Source: an uncultured Candidatus Saccharibacteria bacterium
GTDB lineage: Bacteria > Patescibacteriota > Minisyncoccia > UBA6257 > JACRHY01
Assembly: GCA_964360035.1 (NCBI GenBank)
Contig: CAYHUJ010000003.1
Location: 1 to 36,392, forward strand
Reading direction: 5' to 3'
DNA length: 36,392 nt
A model generated the notes under the pieces. It was not told the origin of the DNA and did not search any database. It saw only the letters and a list, made by a program, of their open reading frames with translations. Position 1 is the stretch's first letter. Every line of letters begins with the position of its first letter. Shown here in pieces: positions 18,621-27,773 of the stretch. Made by a program: the position numbers and the translations under genes.

Positions 18621-20000
18621 ATGAAAATCTACAACACTTTAAGCGGAAAAAAAGAAGTCGTAAGGGCTTCCAAGCGGCCGCTCAAGTTTTTTGTCTGCGG
18701 CCCGACGGTTTACGATTATTCCCACATCGGCCACGCCCGAACCTACGTCGCTTTTGACATCGCCGTCCGCTGGCTTGAGTTTTCGGGCTTCAAAGTTTTC
18801 TATCTTCAAAACATCACCGACGTTGACGACAAAATAATCAACCGCGCCAAAAGTGAAAACAAGAATCCCCTCGCCCTCGCCCGCTTCTTTGAAAAAGAAT
18901 ACCTGAAAGACATGAAATCGCTCGGCGTCGTTTCCGTGGATAAATACGCCCGCGCCGCCGGCCACCTCAAAGAAATAAAAAGGCAAATCGCCGCTCTGCT
19001 GAAAAAAGGATTCGCCTACCGAACCAAAAGCGGCGTTTATTTTGAAGTAAAGAAATTCGGCGGATACGGCAAACTGTCGCGGCAGAATCTTGAAGAAACG
19101 CGGCGCGGCTGGCGGATAGAGCCCGATCCGGAGAAGAAAGACCGCTTGGATTTTGCCCTCTGGAAAAACCGGCAGGCCGGCGAATTGGCGTGGCCGTCGC
19201 CGTGGGGCGCGGGACGTCCCGGCTGGCACATTGAAGATACCGCCATCGCCGAAAAATTTTTCGGCCCGCAGTACGACATCCACGGCGGAGCGGTTGACCT
19301 GAAATTTCCCCATCACGAATCGGAAATCGCCCAGGCGGAAGCGGCGTCCGGAAAAAAGCCGTTCGTGAAAATTTGGATGCATACCGGCTTTCTCCTCGCC
19401 GGCGGCGAAAAAATGTCCAAAAGTTCGGGAAATTTCATCACTATCCGGGACTTTCTCAAGAACCGCGGCGCCGCGGCGTTAAGAATGCTGGTCGCCTCCC
19501 GCCATTACCGATCCCCTCTTGATTACGAAGAATCGCTTGCCGAAAACGCCGAAAATTCTCTGCGCACCATCGGGGAGTTTCTGGAAAAAACGGGGCTGGC
19601 GAAAAATCGCGGAATAAAAAAAGGAGCCGTAAAAAGCGGCGGCGAAAAGAAATTCGCCGAAGAATTCAAAAAAGCGATGGACGACGATTTCAACACCCCG
19701 AAAGCGCTGGCGGCCGTTTTTGATTTTATCGCTTCGCTTCAGAAAGATTTATGGACGCTTTCTCCCGCCGCCGCGAAAAAAGCCGGCGATTCCGTCCGAA
19801 AACAGCTCGCCATTCTCGGAATTGAAGTCAAAACGGCCGAAATTCCCCGGAAAATAAGGGCTTTGGCGGCAAAACGGGAAGAGTTGAGAAGAAATAAACA
19901 GTTTATCCCCGCCGACGACTTGAGAAAAAAACTGGAAGAGTTAGGATATGCCGTAGAGGACACCGCGGCCGGTCCGTATATTAAACCGCTTAAACGCTGA
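18621..20000 (+). CDS. cysS: Cysteine--tRNA ligase
   Basis: CGPTVY, HIGH, DFALWK, GRPGWHIE, FPHHE, KMSKS; ATG 18621 (MKIYNTL) is the typical start. Confidence 0.97.
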   Translation: MKIYNTLSGKKEVVRASKRPLKFFVCGPTVYDYSHIGHARTYVAFDIAVRWLEFSGFKVFYLQNITDVDDKIINRAKSENKNPLALARFFEKEYLKDMKSLGVVSVDKYARAAGHLKEIKRQIAALLKKGFAYRTKSGVYFEVKKFGGYGKLSRQNLEETRRGWRIEPDPEKKDRLDFALWKNRQAGELAWPSPWGAGRPGWHIEDTAIAEKFFGPQYDIHGGAVDLKFPHHESEIAQAEAASGKKPFVKIWMHTGFLLAGGEKMSKSSGNFITIRDFLKNRGAAALRMLVASRHYRSPLDYEESLAENAENSLRTIGEFLEKTGLAKNRGIKKGAVKSGGEKKFAEEFKKAMDDDFNTPKALAAVFDFIASLQKDLWTLSPAAAKKAGDSVRKQLAILGIEVKTAEIPRKIRALAAKREELRRNKQFIPADDLRKKLEELGYAVEDTAAGPYIKPLKR

Positions 20001-20044
20001 CAGAGCCATAAACAGGGTCACAAAAAACATTTTTTTAAATTTCA

Positions 20045-21388
20045 ATGATTAAAGCAAAACTTCCCCCGCAGGACATAGAAGCCGAACAGGCCGTCCTGGG
20101 AGCAATGATGGTTAATAAAAACTCCGTTATCAACGTGGCCGATTCTTTGACTCCGGAAGAATTTTACAAACCGGCCCATCAGAAAATTTACGAAACGATG
20201 CTGGAGCTTTTCAGCCGGCGCGAACCGATAGACATCGTCAGTTTGACTTCGGCCCTCAAAAAAAGAAAAGAGCTGGAAAAAATCGGCGGCTCCGCCTACC
20301 TGACCGAGCTGGCCAATGCCGTTCCCTCATCGTCCCACATTGAGCATTACGCCGGAATCGTCAAGGAAAAAAACATTCTGCGCGAGCTTATCGGCGCCTC
20401 TTCGGAAATAATCGAAAACGCGTTCGGCGGCTCTTCGGACATTGAAGACCTCCTGGACCACATTGAACAAAAGGTGTTCGCCATCACCAATCGCTCGCTA
20501 CCGCAGAAATTCATCGCCGTCAAAGACGAGCTGAAAGACGCCTACGAACGGATTGAGAAATTGCACAAGGGAGACGGCGCTCTGCGCGGCGTCACCACCG
20601 GATTTGACGGTCTTGACCACTACCTCTCCGGCTTTCAAAAATCGGATCTCGTCATTTTGGGCGCGCGGCCGTCGCTCGGGAAAACCGCCCTGGCGCTGGA
20701 CATCGCCCGCCACGCCGCCATCAAAGGAGGGGTTCCGGTCGGCATATTCTCACTGGAAATGTCGCGCGAACAGGTAATTGACCGCCTGATTTCGGCCGAG
20801 GCGCAGGTGCCTCTCTGGCGGCTGCGCACCGGACGGCTGCAGGATGAAATTGAATTTGAAATGATCCGCGAAGCGCTGGACCGCCTGTCGCGGACGCCGA
20901 TTTTCGTTGAAGACACCCCCTCGCCGAACATTCTTCAAATGCGGGCGATGGCGCGCCGCCTTCAGGCGGAACAAGGGCTGGGGCTTCTCATCGTTGATTA
21001 CCTTCAAATGATCCAGCCCCGAACGTCAAGCGATTCCGTCGTTCAGCAGATAACGGAAATTTCGCGGGGACTAAAATCGCTGGCCCGAGAGCTGAACATT
21101 CCCGTTTTGGCGCTTTCCCAGCTGTCCCGCGGCGTTGAGCAACGGGAAGTAAAAATCCCCCGCCTTTCCGATCTGCGCGAGTCCGGCTCCATAGAGCAGG
21201 ACGCCGACGTCGTGATGTTTATTTACCGGAAAGACCGCGAGTATTCCAGCGTCGCGCCGGAAGAACAAAACACGGCCGAACTAATCATCGCCAAACACCG
21301 CAACGGGCCGCTGGGCACCGTCAAATTGAAGTTTGATCCCGAAAAGGTGAATTTCAAGCAGATTGACACGACTTATTCAATCCAATAA
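20045..21388 (+). CDS. dnaB: Replicative DNA helicase DnaB
   Basis: PPQDIEAEQAVLG, ARPSLGKT, VDYLQ, SQLSR, LRESGSIEQDAD, KHRNGP. Confidence 0.98.
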   Translation: MIKAKLPPQDIEAEQAVLGAMMVNKNSVINVADSLTPEEFYKPAHQKIYETMLELFSRREPIDIVSLTSALKKRKELEKIGGSAYLTELANAVPSSSHIEHYAGIVKEKNILRELIGASSEIIENAFGGSSDIEDLLDHIEQKVFAITNRSLPQKFIAVKDELKDAYERIEKLHKGDGALRGVTTGFDGLDHYLSGFQKSDLVILGARPSLGKTALALDIARHAAIKGGVPVGIFSLEMSREQVIDRLISAEAQVPLWRLRTGRLQDEIEFEMIREALDRLSRTPIFVEDTPSPNILQMRAMARRLQAEQGLGLLIVDYLQMIQPRTSSDSVVQQITEISRGLKSLARELNIPVLALSQLSRGVEQREVKIPRLSDLRESGSIEQDADVVMFIYRKDREYSSVAPEEQNTAELIIAKHRNGPLGTVKLKFDPEKVNFKQIDTTYSIQ

Positions 21389-21399
21389 TTCCGCCTTAT

Positions 21400-21999
21400 A
21401 TGCCGCCGGAGCCGATCAGAAAATTCATCAGCCGCTTTTCTTCCCTGCCGTCAATCGGCCCCCGCCAAGCCGCGCGGCTGGCTTTTCAACTGATAAGCCG
21501 CGGCCGGGAGGAAATCAAAGAGATCGCGGACACCGTCGCGGGACTTCAAAAAATCGGCGTTTGCGGACGCTGTTTTTTCATCCACGAAAACGAAAACGGC
21601 CTTTGCGGAATCTGCTCCGACAGCGGCCGGAAAACGGGCGTTATCGCAATCGTTGAAAAAGAAACCGATCTGCTGTCCTTGGAACGGACGGGAGAATTTT
21701 CCGGCCGATATCTCGTGCTGGGACGCCTTGATAAAGGAGGGCTGTTTGAAAATGCCCAAAAGGGACGCCTGCAGTCGCTTGTTAAAACAATTAAAAAAGA
21801 ACTCGGCGGGAGCGCCGACGAAATCGTCATCGCCGTCAGTCCCACCACCGTCGGCGACCTCAACGCCTCCGTTATCGCCAAAGAATTGCGCCCTTACGCG
21901 AAAAAAATAAGCCGCCTGGGACGCGGACTTCCGACCGGAGGAGAAATAGAGTTCGCCGACGAAGAAACGCTGGGAGAAGCCCTCAAAAACAGAAATTAG
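21400..21999 (+). CDS. recR: Recombination mediator RecR
   Basis: HhH LPSIGPRQAARLA, C4 zinc finger CGRC..CGIC, Toprim, GLPTGGEIEFADEETL. Confidence 0.95.
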   Translation: MPPEPIRKFISRFSSLPSIGPRQAARLAFQLISRGREEIKEIADTVAGLQKIGVCGRCFFIHENENGLCGICSDSGRKTGVIAIVEKETDLLSLERTGEFSGRYLVLGRLDKGGLFENAQKGRLQSLVKTIKKELGGSADEIVIAVSPTTVGDLNASVIAKELRPYAKKISRLGRGLPTGGEIEFADEETLGEALKNRN

Positions 22000-22024
22000 G
22001 AGCGCTTGTTCAAATCCTACACTC

Positions 22025-22336
22025 CTAAAAACTGATTTTGCCGATTTTCACTTCGGTGAAATGCTGCCGGTGTCCTTTTTTCTTACGAAAGCGGTTTTTG
22101 GAGTGATATTTAAAGACGATTTTCTTTTTGTCCCGCCCCTGATTCAAAATTTCTCCGGCAACCCCGGCTCCTTCAACGTAAGGCGCGCCTATTTTAATCT
22201 TTTCGCCATCGGCCAAAAGCAGAATTTTGTCAAAAACAACGGCGCCGCCGTTTTCGCCGTTTAATTTCTCCACCTTGATTTTTTGTTCCGAAGAGACCCT
22301 GTATTGCTTCCCTCCCGTTTCTATGACTGCAAACAT
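22025..22336 (-). CDS. rplU: 50S ribosomal protein L21
   Basis: MFAVIETGGKQYRV...GHRQ. Confidence 0.98.
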   Translation of the reverse strand: MFAVIETGGKQYRVSSEQKIKVEKLNGENGGAVVFDKILLLADGEKIKIGAPYVEGAGVAGEILNQGRDKKKIVFKYHSKNRFRKKKGHRQHFTEVKIGKISF

Positions 22337-22381
22337 AATGTCGGTTATTATTATTCAACCGCGGCGCGCTGTCAACACCGC

Positions 22382-22418
22382 CAACAATCTAAGGACGTCT
22401 GACGTCCTTAGATTGTTG
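22382..22418. repeat. Perfect 37-bp palindrome (18-bp arms, 1-nt centre)
   Basis: caacaatctaaggacgtc-t-gacgtccttagattgttg. Confidence 0.92.
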
Positions 22419-22435
22419 AAGGAAGGATGTCCGCT

Positions 22436-22786
22436 TTAATTTATCTTTATTATCGCCAAAACGGCCGTAGAAACCAGAATACCGAAAACAAGGCCGGCGC
22501 CGGCTAAAACGTAAGACAGAAACCGCTCCCGGTCAAAAACGGCGGATGCTAAAAATAAATTTACCAAAAGCGCCATCAGCGCGATCGCCAAAATTTCATA
22601 AAGGTCGGAGGCCGTTCCGAGGGCATCCACGCCGCGAAAGGCGTCCCAGTGGATGATAAGAGGAGAAGCGCGATCGGAGTACTCCACGTAAACGGCGGAA
22701 AATCCGATAATTAAAAAAAACAGCGCGGCGATAAAAAGCGCGATCAGATATTTTTCATTGATTATTTTCGGAAGTTTGAAGATCAT
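22436..22786 (-). CDS. Small three-TM membrane protein
   Basis: Hydrophobic segments with a PLIIHW...GVD loop. Confidence 0.7.
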   Translation of the reverse strand: MIFKLPKIINEKYLIALFIAALFFLIIGFSAVYVEYSDRASPLIIHWDAFRGVDALGTASDLYEILAIALMALLVNLFLASAVFDRERFLSYVLAGAGLVFGILVSTAVLAIIKIN

Positions 22787-22845
22787 CTCATTTCAGCGGT
22801 AAAACTTTGGCGCGGTTATACGCATCTCGCGCGAGGTTGGTTATG

Positions 22846-22918
22846 TGCCCCCACGGGGAATCGAACCCCGGTTTCGGCGCTGAGAACGCCGCGTCCTGGG
22901 CCACTAGACGATAGGGGC
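22846..22918 (-). tRNA. tRNA-Glu(CTC)
   Basis: GCCCCTA...CGGCG-TTCTCAG-CGCCG...GGTTCGATTCC...TGGGGGC-A; CCA not encoded. Confidence 0.95.
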
Positions 22919-24133
22919 CGCTTTAATCTCCTCCACAACCTTATCCAAACCGACGGCGCGGGACGCTTTTATCAGCACGACGTCCTTCGGCCGAAGAAAA
23001 TCCTGAACCGCTCTTCCCGCTTCTTCCGCCGTATCAAAAGAAACGACGTTTTCCTTCGGCATTCCGGTTTTCGCGGCGGATTCGGCGATAAGTTTCGCCG
23101 CCGCGCCGACGGTAACGAGAATGTCGGCTGATTTAGCCGCCAGCCGGCCGACCGTTTCATGCGCCTGGATTGAATATTGCCCGATTTCCAGCATATCGCC
23201 AAGAACGGCGATTTTTCTCGCGGCCTTCAATTCCTTTAGCGCGTCCAAAGCGGAATGGACGGAGAGCGGGGAAGCGTTGTAGCTGTCGTCAATAATGAAG
23301 GAACCCTTTATTCCCGCCAAAATCGCCATTCGTCCTTTCGGAGAGCGGTAATCTAACAGAGCTTCGGAAATTTTAACCAGATTGAGCCCCGAAATCAAAC
23401 CGACGCAGGCGGCGGCGGCGGCGGCGTACGCGTGCGTCTTTCCGAAAACGCCGTCCAGCCGCGTCGGAACGAAACTCCCTCCGTGCTCCAGCTTGAAAGA
23501 AACCCCCTCGGGAGCGCCGTTTTCCGAGCGGTTTTCAAAAGCGGAAATACGGACGTCGCTCCCCTCGCCGAAACCGAAAGTCATTATTTTGGCGCGGGTC
23601 CGCTCTTTCATATCCATCACCGCTTCGTCGTCAAAATTAAGAACGGCGAAACCCGCGACGGAAATATCTTCAATCAGCTTGGATTTTTCGCGCGCCACGG
23701 CGTCCGGTCCGCTGTAAAATTCAACATGCGGCGGAATTTCGCCGACGGCGGTAACGACGCCGATCTTCGGCCGGGCGATTTCCAGAAGATATTTTACGTC
23801 GCCCGGCTTGTCGGCGGCGTATTCCAAAACCAGCATTTCCGGATACTTGAACAAACGGCGGGGAAGCAGCAATCTGACGATTGAGAACGAAATTACCGCG
23901 CCCCAGAAAAATTTGCCGCCGATATTTTCGGAGCCGCTCAAAATCGTCAGCGGCACGCCTATTTCATTGTTGAAATTTCCCGCCGTGGTCCGCGCCGGTT
24001 TTATTTCGCTCACGACCGCGCGAACGGCTTCTTTGGCCGATGTCTTGCCGACGCTTCCGGTTATGGCGATAATTTCCGGCTCAAATTTCCCGACCGTTTT
24101 CGCGGCGAGATTTTTGATGATTTTTTTCAGCAT
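22904..24133 (-). CDS. murF: UDP-N-acetylmuramoyl-tripeptide--D-Ala-D-Ala ligase MurF (lacks the usual N-terminal domain)
   Basis: ITGSVGKTS, NNEIGVPLT, DDSYNASP, LGDMLEIG, LIKASR; start at ATG 24133 or 24154. Confidence 0.9.
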   Translation of the reverse strand: MLKKIIKNLAAKTVGKFEPEIIAITGSVGKTSAKEAVRAVVSEIKPARTTAGNFNNEIGVPLTILSGSENIGGKFFWGAVISFSIVRLLLPRRLFKYPEMLVLEYAADKPGDVKYLLEIARPKIGVVTAVGEIPPHVEFYSGPDAVAREKSKLIEDISVAGFAVLNFDDEAVMDMKERTRAKIMTFGFGEGSDVRISAFENRSENGAPEGVSFKLEHGGSFVPTRLDGVFGKTHAYAAAAAACVGLISGLNLVKISEALLDYRSPKGRMAILAGIKGSFIIDDSYNASPLSVHSALDALKELKAARKIAVLGDMLEIGQYSIQAHETVGRLAAKSADILVTVGAAAKLIAESAAKTGMPKENVVSFDTAEEAGRAVQDFLRPKDVVLIKASRAVGLDKVVEEIKAAPIV

Positions 24134-24155
24134 ATTGACGAAAATTACGCTCATT

Positions 24156-25790
24156 TCAATCAATGATTAAATTATCCGGCGAAACGCCGTAGTAATTCAA
24201 AGCGAACAGGGCCAGTTCCCTGAAAGCCGGCACGACCGTCATTCCGGCAAGCGTCGCCCGCGGTTTGTCCAATTTTATCAGAATAATAAACCGGGGATTG
24301 GATACCGGCGCGAAACCGACGAAAGTATGGATAAAACTATCCGAGTATCCGCCTTTTGTAAAGTCGGGAATCTGCGCCGTTCCGGTTTTGCCGGCCACGC
24401 GATAATTCGGAATGGCGGCGATTTTCGCTTTTTCCACGGCCGATTCCATCATTTTCGCCGTTTGTCCGGCCGCTTCCGCGCTGACAACGCGGCGAATAAC
24501 CGTCGGTTCAAGCGAAGCGTTGACGCGCGGCCGCATCAGAACGCCGCCGTTGGCGATAGCCGCGACGGCGTTGATCAATTGGAGCGGAGTGACGGAAACG
24601 CCCTGCCCGAAAGAAGCGGTGGCAAAATTAATGTCGCGGGAATTGCTTTTCAGATTTTTCAAACTTCCGGGCAATTCTCCCGGAAGATCAACTCCGGCTT
24701 TTTCCTCAAAACCGAATTTTTTCAAATAATCGTAAAAAAGGGCGTGGCCGATGCGGCGTTCGGCAAAAACAGCGCCGGTATTGACCGAGCCCTCAATAAC
24801 GCCGGTCATCGTCAGTTTTCCGTGCGCCTTAAGATCCCAGTTTTTGATGGTGCGGCCGTTTATGGTCAACTTGCCGTTGTCGTAATAGGCGGTATCGGGC
24901 GTTATCTTTCCGGAGTCCAGACCGGCCGCCATGGTAATGACTTTAAAGACGGAGCCGGGTTCGTAAATTTTTTGCGTCGCCGGATTTAAAAACAATTTAA
25001 CGCTTGATTTGTCGTAATTATTCAAATCAAAATCGGGATTGCCGGCCATCGCCAAAATTTTTCCCGTTTTCGGCTCTTCAATAATGATGGTTCCTCCTTC
25101 GGCTTCAAATTTTTCCGTCAGTCCGGCCAGAATTTTTTCCGATTCGTCCTGCAGATTGCGGTCAACGGTCAAAACGACGTCTTCGCCATAATCGGCGCTC
25201 GTAATTTTATCGCCGACGGCCCCTTTCACTTTTCCGTAAAGCCGCTCGTCATAAAAAAGCTCGATGCCGTAGCGACCGGCCGTTTTTTCGTCATCAACGC
25301 TGGCGCCGACAAAACCGAGAAGGTGGGAGGCGGAATTGCCCATCGGATAGTAGCGCATCATTCGGCCGTCAACGTAGATCCCCCCCAACCCCGACTCTTT
25401 CGCGGCCGTTATTTGTTGCGCCGCCGCTTTTTTAACCAATAATTCGTAAAGGTCGCCTTTTTTACCAAACATTTTCAGCAATTTTTCCGCGTCAATTTCC
25501 ACGATGGGCGAGAGGATTTCCGCCGCTTTTTCCTTGTCCGCGATTTCATCGGGAACGGCGAAAATGGACGCAAATTCCTTGTTAAGCGCCGCCGGAATGA
25601 GATTTCCGTTCCGATCGGTAAAATAAATTTTGCCCCGCCTGGATTCCAGAAGATCGGCCGGCTGGTTTTGGGAAGCCGCCCGCGCGGAATAATAATCCCC
25701 TTTTTCAAGCTGAATATTATAAAGGCCGAAAATCAAGGCGGCGTATAAAACGCCGAAAAAGCTTATCGCGATTATAAAGCGGACGCCCAT
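24156..25790 (-). CDS. ftsI: Class B penicillin-binding protein (FtsI-like)
   Basis: RRGKIY, RYYP, GIE, EPGSVFK (SxxK), SVN (SxN), GKTGTAQ; dcw context. Confidence 0.9.
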   Translation of the reverse strand: MGVRFIIAISFFGVLYAALIFGLYNIQLEKGDYYSARAASQNQPADLLESRRGKIYFTDRNGNLIPAALNKEFASIFAVPDEIADKEKAAEILSPIVEIDAEKLLKMFGKKGDLYELLVKKAAAQQITAAKESGLGGIYVDGRMMRYYPMGNSASHLLGFVGASVDDEKTAGRYGIELFYDERLYGKVKGAVGDKITSADYGEDVVLTVDRNLQDESEKILAGLTEKFEAEGGTIIIEEPKTGKILAMAGNPDFDLNNYDKSSVKLFLNPATQKIYEPGSVFKVITMAAGLDSGKITPDTAYYDNGKLTINGRTIKNWDLKAHGKLTMTGVIEGSVNTGAVFAERRIGHALFYDYLKKFGFEEKAGVDLPGELPGSLKNLKSNSRDINFATASFGQGVSVTPLQLINAVAAIANGGVLMRPRVNASLEPTVIRRVVSAEAAGQTAKMMESAVEKAKIAAIPNYRVAGKTGTAQIPDFTKGGYSDSFIHTFVGFAPVSNPRFIILIKLDKPRATLAGMTVVPAFRELALFALNYYGVSPDNLIID

Positions 25791-26083
25791 GACTGATTCG
25801 CGTTTAAGTATTGGGGATTGCCGTCCAGAGTCAATCCGTTATCCAGAGCGGCCGCTTCCAGGGCGGAGGCGTCCACCAGTCGGTAATAATCGTTTTTCAG
25901 CTCAACGTTGGCGAGTTCGCCGTCGCGGAGTAAAAGAGATTGCCGCTCTATTTCATGGCGCAAACTGACGGTTTGATTGTATTCAAAAACATAAGCCGTG
26001 CCGGCCAAAATCAAAGCCGCCGCCAGGAGCAGAATCCGGACATTTTCTTTTATAAGACCCCTTCTCGGTTGAAATATGGTCAT
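25772..26083 (-). CDS. FtsL-like bitopic coiled-coil protein
   Basis: TM plus leucine-rich coil, located between rsmH and ftsI. Confidence 0.65.
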   Translation of the reverse strand: MTIFQPRRGLIKENVRILLLAAALILAGTAYVFEYNQTVSLRHEIERQSLLLRDGELANVELKNDYYRLVDASALEAAALDNGLTLDGNPQYLNANQSWASAL

Positions 26084-26101
26084 AATGATAAAATTTAGAA
26101 T

Positions 26102-26995
26102 TTAAAATGGGGAATTCGGCCTTTTCAGCGCCGCGGCCCTTAATTTCGCCGAACGGCTGCGGGGATTGGCGCGAATTTCTTCCGGCGACGGCGATACCGG
26201 TTTTTTCGTTAAAATCAAAAAATTTTTTTCTTTTTCCATTTTTTTGAAATATTTTTTTACCAAACGATCTTCCAGAGAGTGAAAGGAGATAACGGCGACG
26301 CGCCCCTCCGATTTTAAAATTTTTTCAAGACCGCCCAACAGCCGTTCCAGATTTTCCAGTTCGCCGTTAACGTAAATCCTTAACGCCTGAAAAGTCCTCG
26401 TCGCGGGATGAATCCGCCCCCGCTCGTAGTTTTTCGGAAGCGCTTCTCCGACGATACCCGCCAAGTCCCCGCTCGTTTCTATCCGTTTTTTTCTTCGCCG
26501 TTCCACTATTGCCTTGGCTATCTTTCTGGAAAACCGCTCTTCCCCGAATTTGTAAATGACGTCAGCCAGTTCCTTTTCGCCCAGTCCGTTCACGACGTCC
26601 GCCGCCGTTACGCCGCTTTTGGAATCGTCATAGCGCATTATCAGCGGCTCGTCTTTTGAAAAACTGAAGCCCCTCCCCCCAAGCTGTTCCGAGGAAAACC
26701 CCAGATCAAGCAGCAGGCCGTCGGCTTTCGGCAATTCCAATCGCTTTAAAATCTCCGGCAAATCGGCGTAATTTCCCCGCGTCAAAACGATATTCCGCCG
26801 GCCGCCAAACCCGCCCTCCGCCCGTTTTAACGCTTTTGCGTCCCAATCAACCGCCAAAAGCTTTCCCCGAGGGCCGATTTTTTCCAAAATCGCCGCCGCG
26901 TGCCCTCCCCCGCCGAAAGTTCCGTCAATGAAAAACTCTCCGGATTTCGGGTCAAGTGTTTTTATCGCTTCCTTTAAAAGAACGGGGATGTGCAT
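26102..26995 (-). CDS. rsmH: 16S rRNA m4C1402 methyltransferase RsmH (MraW)
   Basis: HIPVL, DGTFGGGGHA, DLGFSS, HPATRTFQALRI, SFHSLEDR, NPRSRSAKLR. Confidence 0.97.
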   Translation of the reverse strand: MHIPVLLKEAIKTLDPKSGEFFIDGTFGGGGHAAAILEKIGPRGKLLAVDWDAKALKRAEGGFGGRRNIVLTRGNYADLPEILKRLELPKADGLLLDLGFSSEQLGGRGFSFSKDEPLIMRYDDSKSGVTAADVVNGLGEKELADVIYKFGEERFSRKIAKAIVERRRKKRIETSGDLAGIVGEALPKNYERGRIHPATRTFQALRIYVNGELENLERLLGGLEKILKSEGRVAVISFHSLEDRLVKKYFKKMEKEKNFLILTKKPVSPSPEEIRANPRSRSAKLRAAALKRPNSPF

Positions 26996-27058
26996 ATCGG
27001 CTTCGTTATCTTCTCGCTTCGCTATGATTAAAATTTCTTGTCATCGCATTGCCGAAAG

Positions 27059-27490
27059 CTAAATTCCCAATTCCCCCAATTTCTCCGCTATTTCGTCCGA
27101 GGCGCCTTCCGTTTTTTTCTTGTACGCGCTCCAGTTTCCGGCGTCCCAAATTTCCATCCTGTTGTAAAGTCCGGCGACAACCGCTTCTTTTTTCAAATCG
27201 GCGTATTGCCGCAGATAGTCCGGTATCAAAATCCTTCCCTGCGAATCAATTTCCGCTTCCGTCGCCCCCGCCAGCATCAGCCGGGCGAAGGCGCGGGAGT
27301 TCGCCTGCGCCAGCGGCAAAGAAATCAGCTTTTGCGCCAACGCTTCCCAGTCGCTCGCGGTAAAAACGAAAAGGCACCGGTCAAGTCCGCGCGTAACGAT
27401 AACGGCGTTTCCCATCTTGCTTCTGAATTTCGCCGGCATCGCCACCCTCCCCTTTGCATCCAAATTGTGTTTATACTCTCCCAATAACAT
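27059..27490 (-). CDS. mraZ: Transcriptional regulator MraZ
   Basis: GEYKHNLDAKGR...DSQGRILIP...EIW. Confidence 0.97.
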   Translation of the reverse strand: MLLGEYKHNLDAKGRVAMPAKFRSKMGNAVIVTRGLDRCLFVFTASDWEALAQKLISLPLAQANSRAFARLMLAGATEAEIDSQGRILIPDYLRQYADLKKEAVVAGLYNRMEIWDAGNWSAYKKKTEGASDEIAEKLGELGI

Positions 27491-27537
27491 AAAACTTTTT
27501 CCAAATTTTAAATTCTCAATTCCCGACTTCGCTTAAG

Positions 27538-27635
27538 TTATCCCCAGAAACGGACAAAAACGGGCACTTATCCCCATAGTTATCCACACTTCCCCACTTT
27601 TGTTTAATGTTAAGCCACCGCGACAACAAAGTCAA
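27538..27635 (-). promoter_or_regulatory. mraZ promoter with MraZ-type repeats and overlapping DnaA boxes
   Basis: TTGACT, 17 nt, TAACAT (27635-27607); TGGGG-N5-TGGAT-N5-TGGGG; TTATCCACA at 27580-88 and TTATCCCCA at 27538 and 27568. Confidence 0.72.
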
Positions 27636-27639
27636 AAAT

Positions 27640-27668
27640 AATAAAAGCCCTTAAAAGGGCCTTTATTG
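27640..27668. terminator. Hairpin / probable terminator
   Basis: aataaaagccct-taaa-agggcctttatt. Confidence 0.5.
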
Positions 27669-27773
27669 AAGCGGCTTTTCGGATTTATTCAAAAGTTTTC
27701 CACAGCGGCCGTCGGACTCGCAAAAGCTTCGCGGTTTTAAAACACCGCGAAAAATATTGCGGCGCTGAAGGAC

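Noticed and set aside
17994-27704. oriC at the DnaA boxes
   Set aside because: There are few boxes, no dnaA/dnaN, no clear unwinding element and no lasting switch in gene orientation. The promoter context explains them better.
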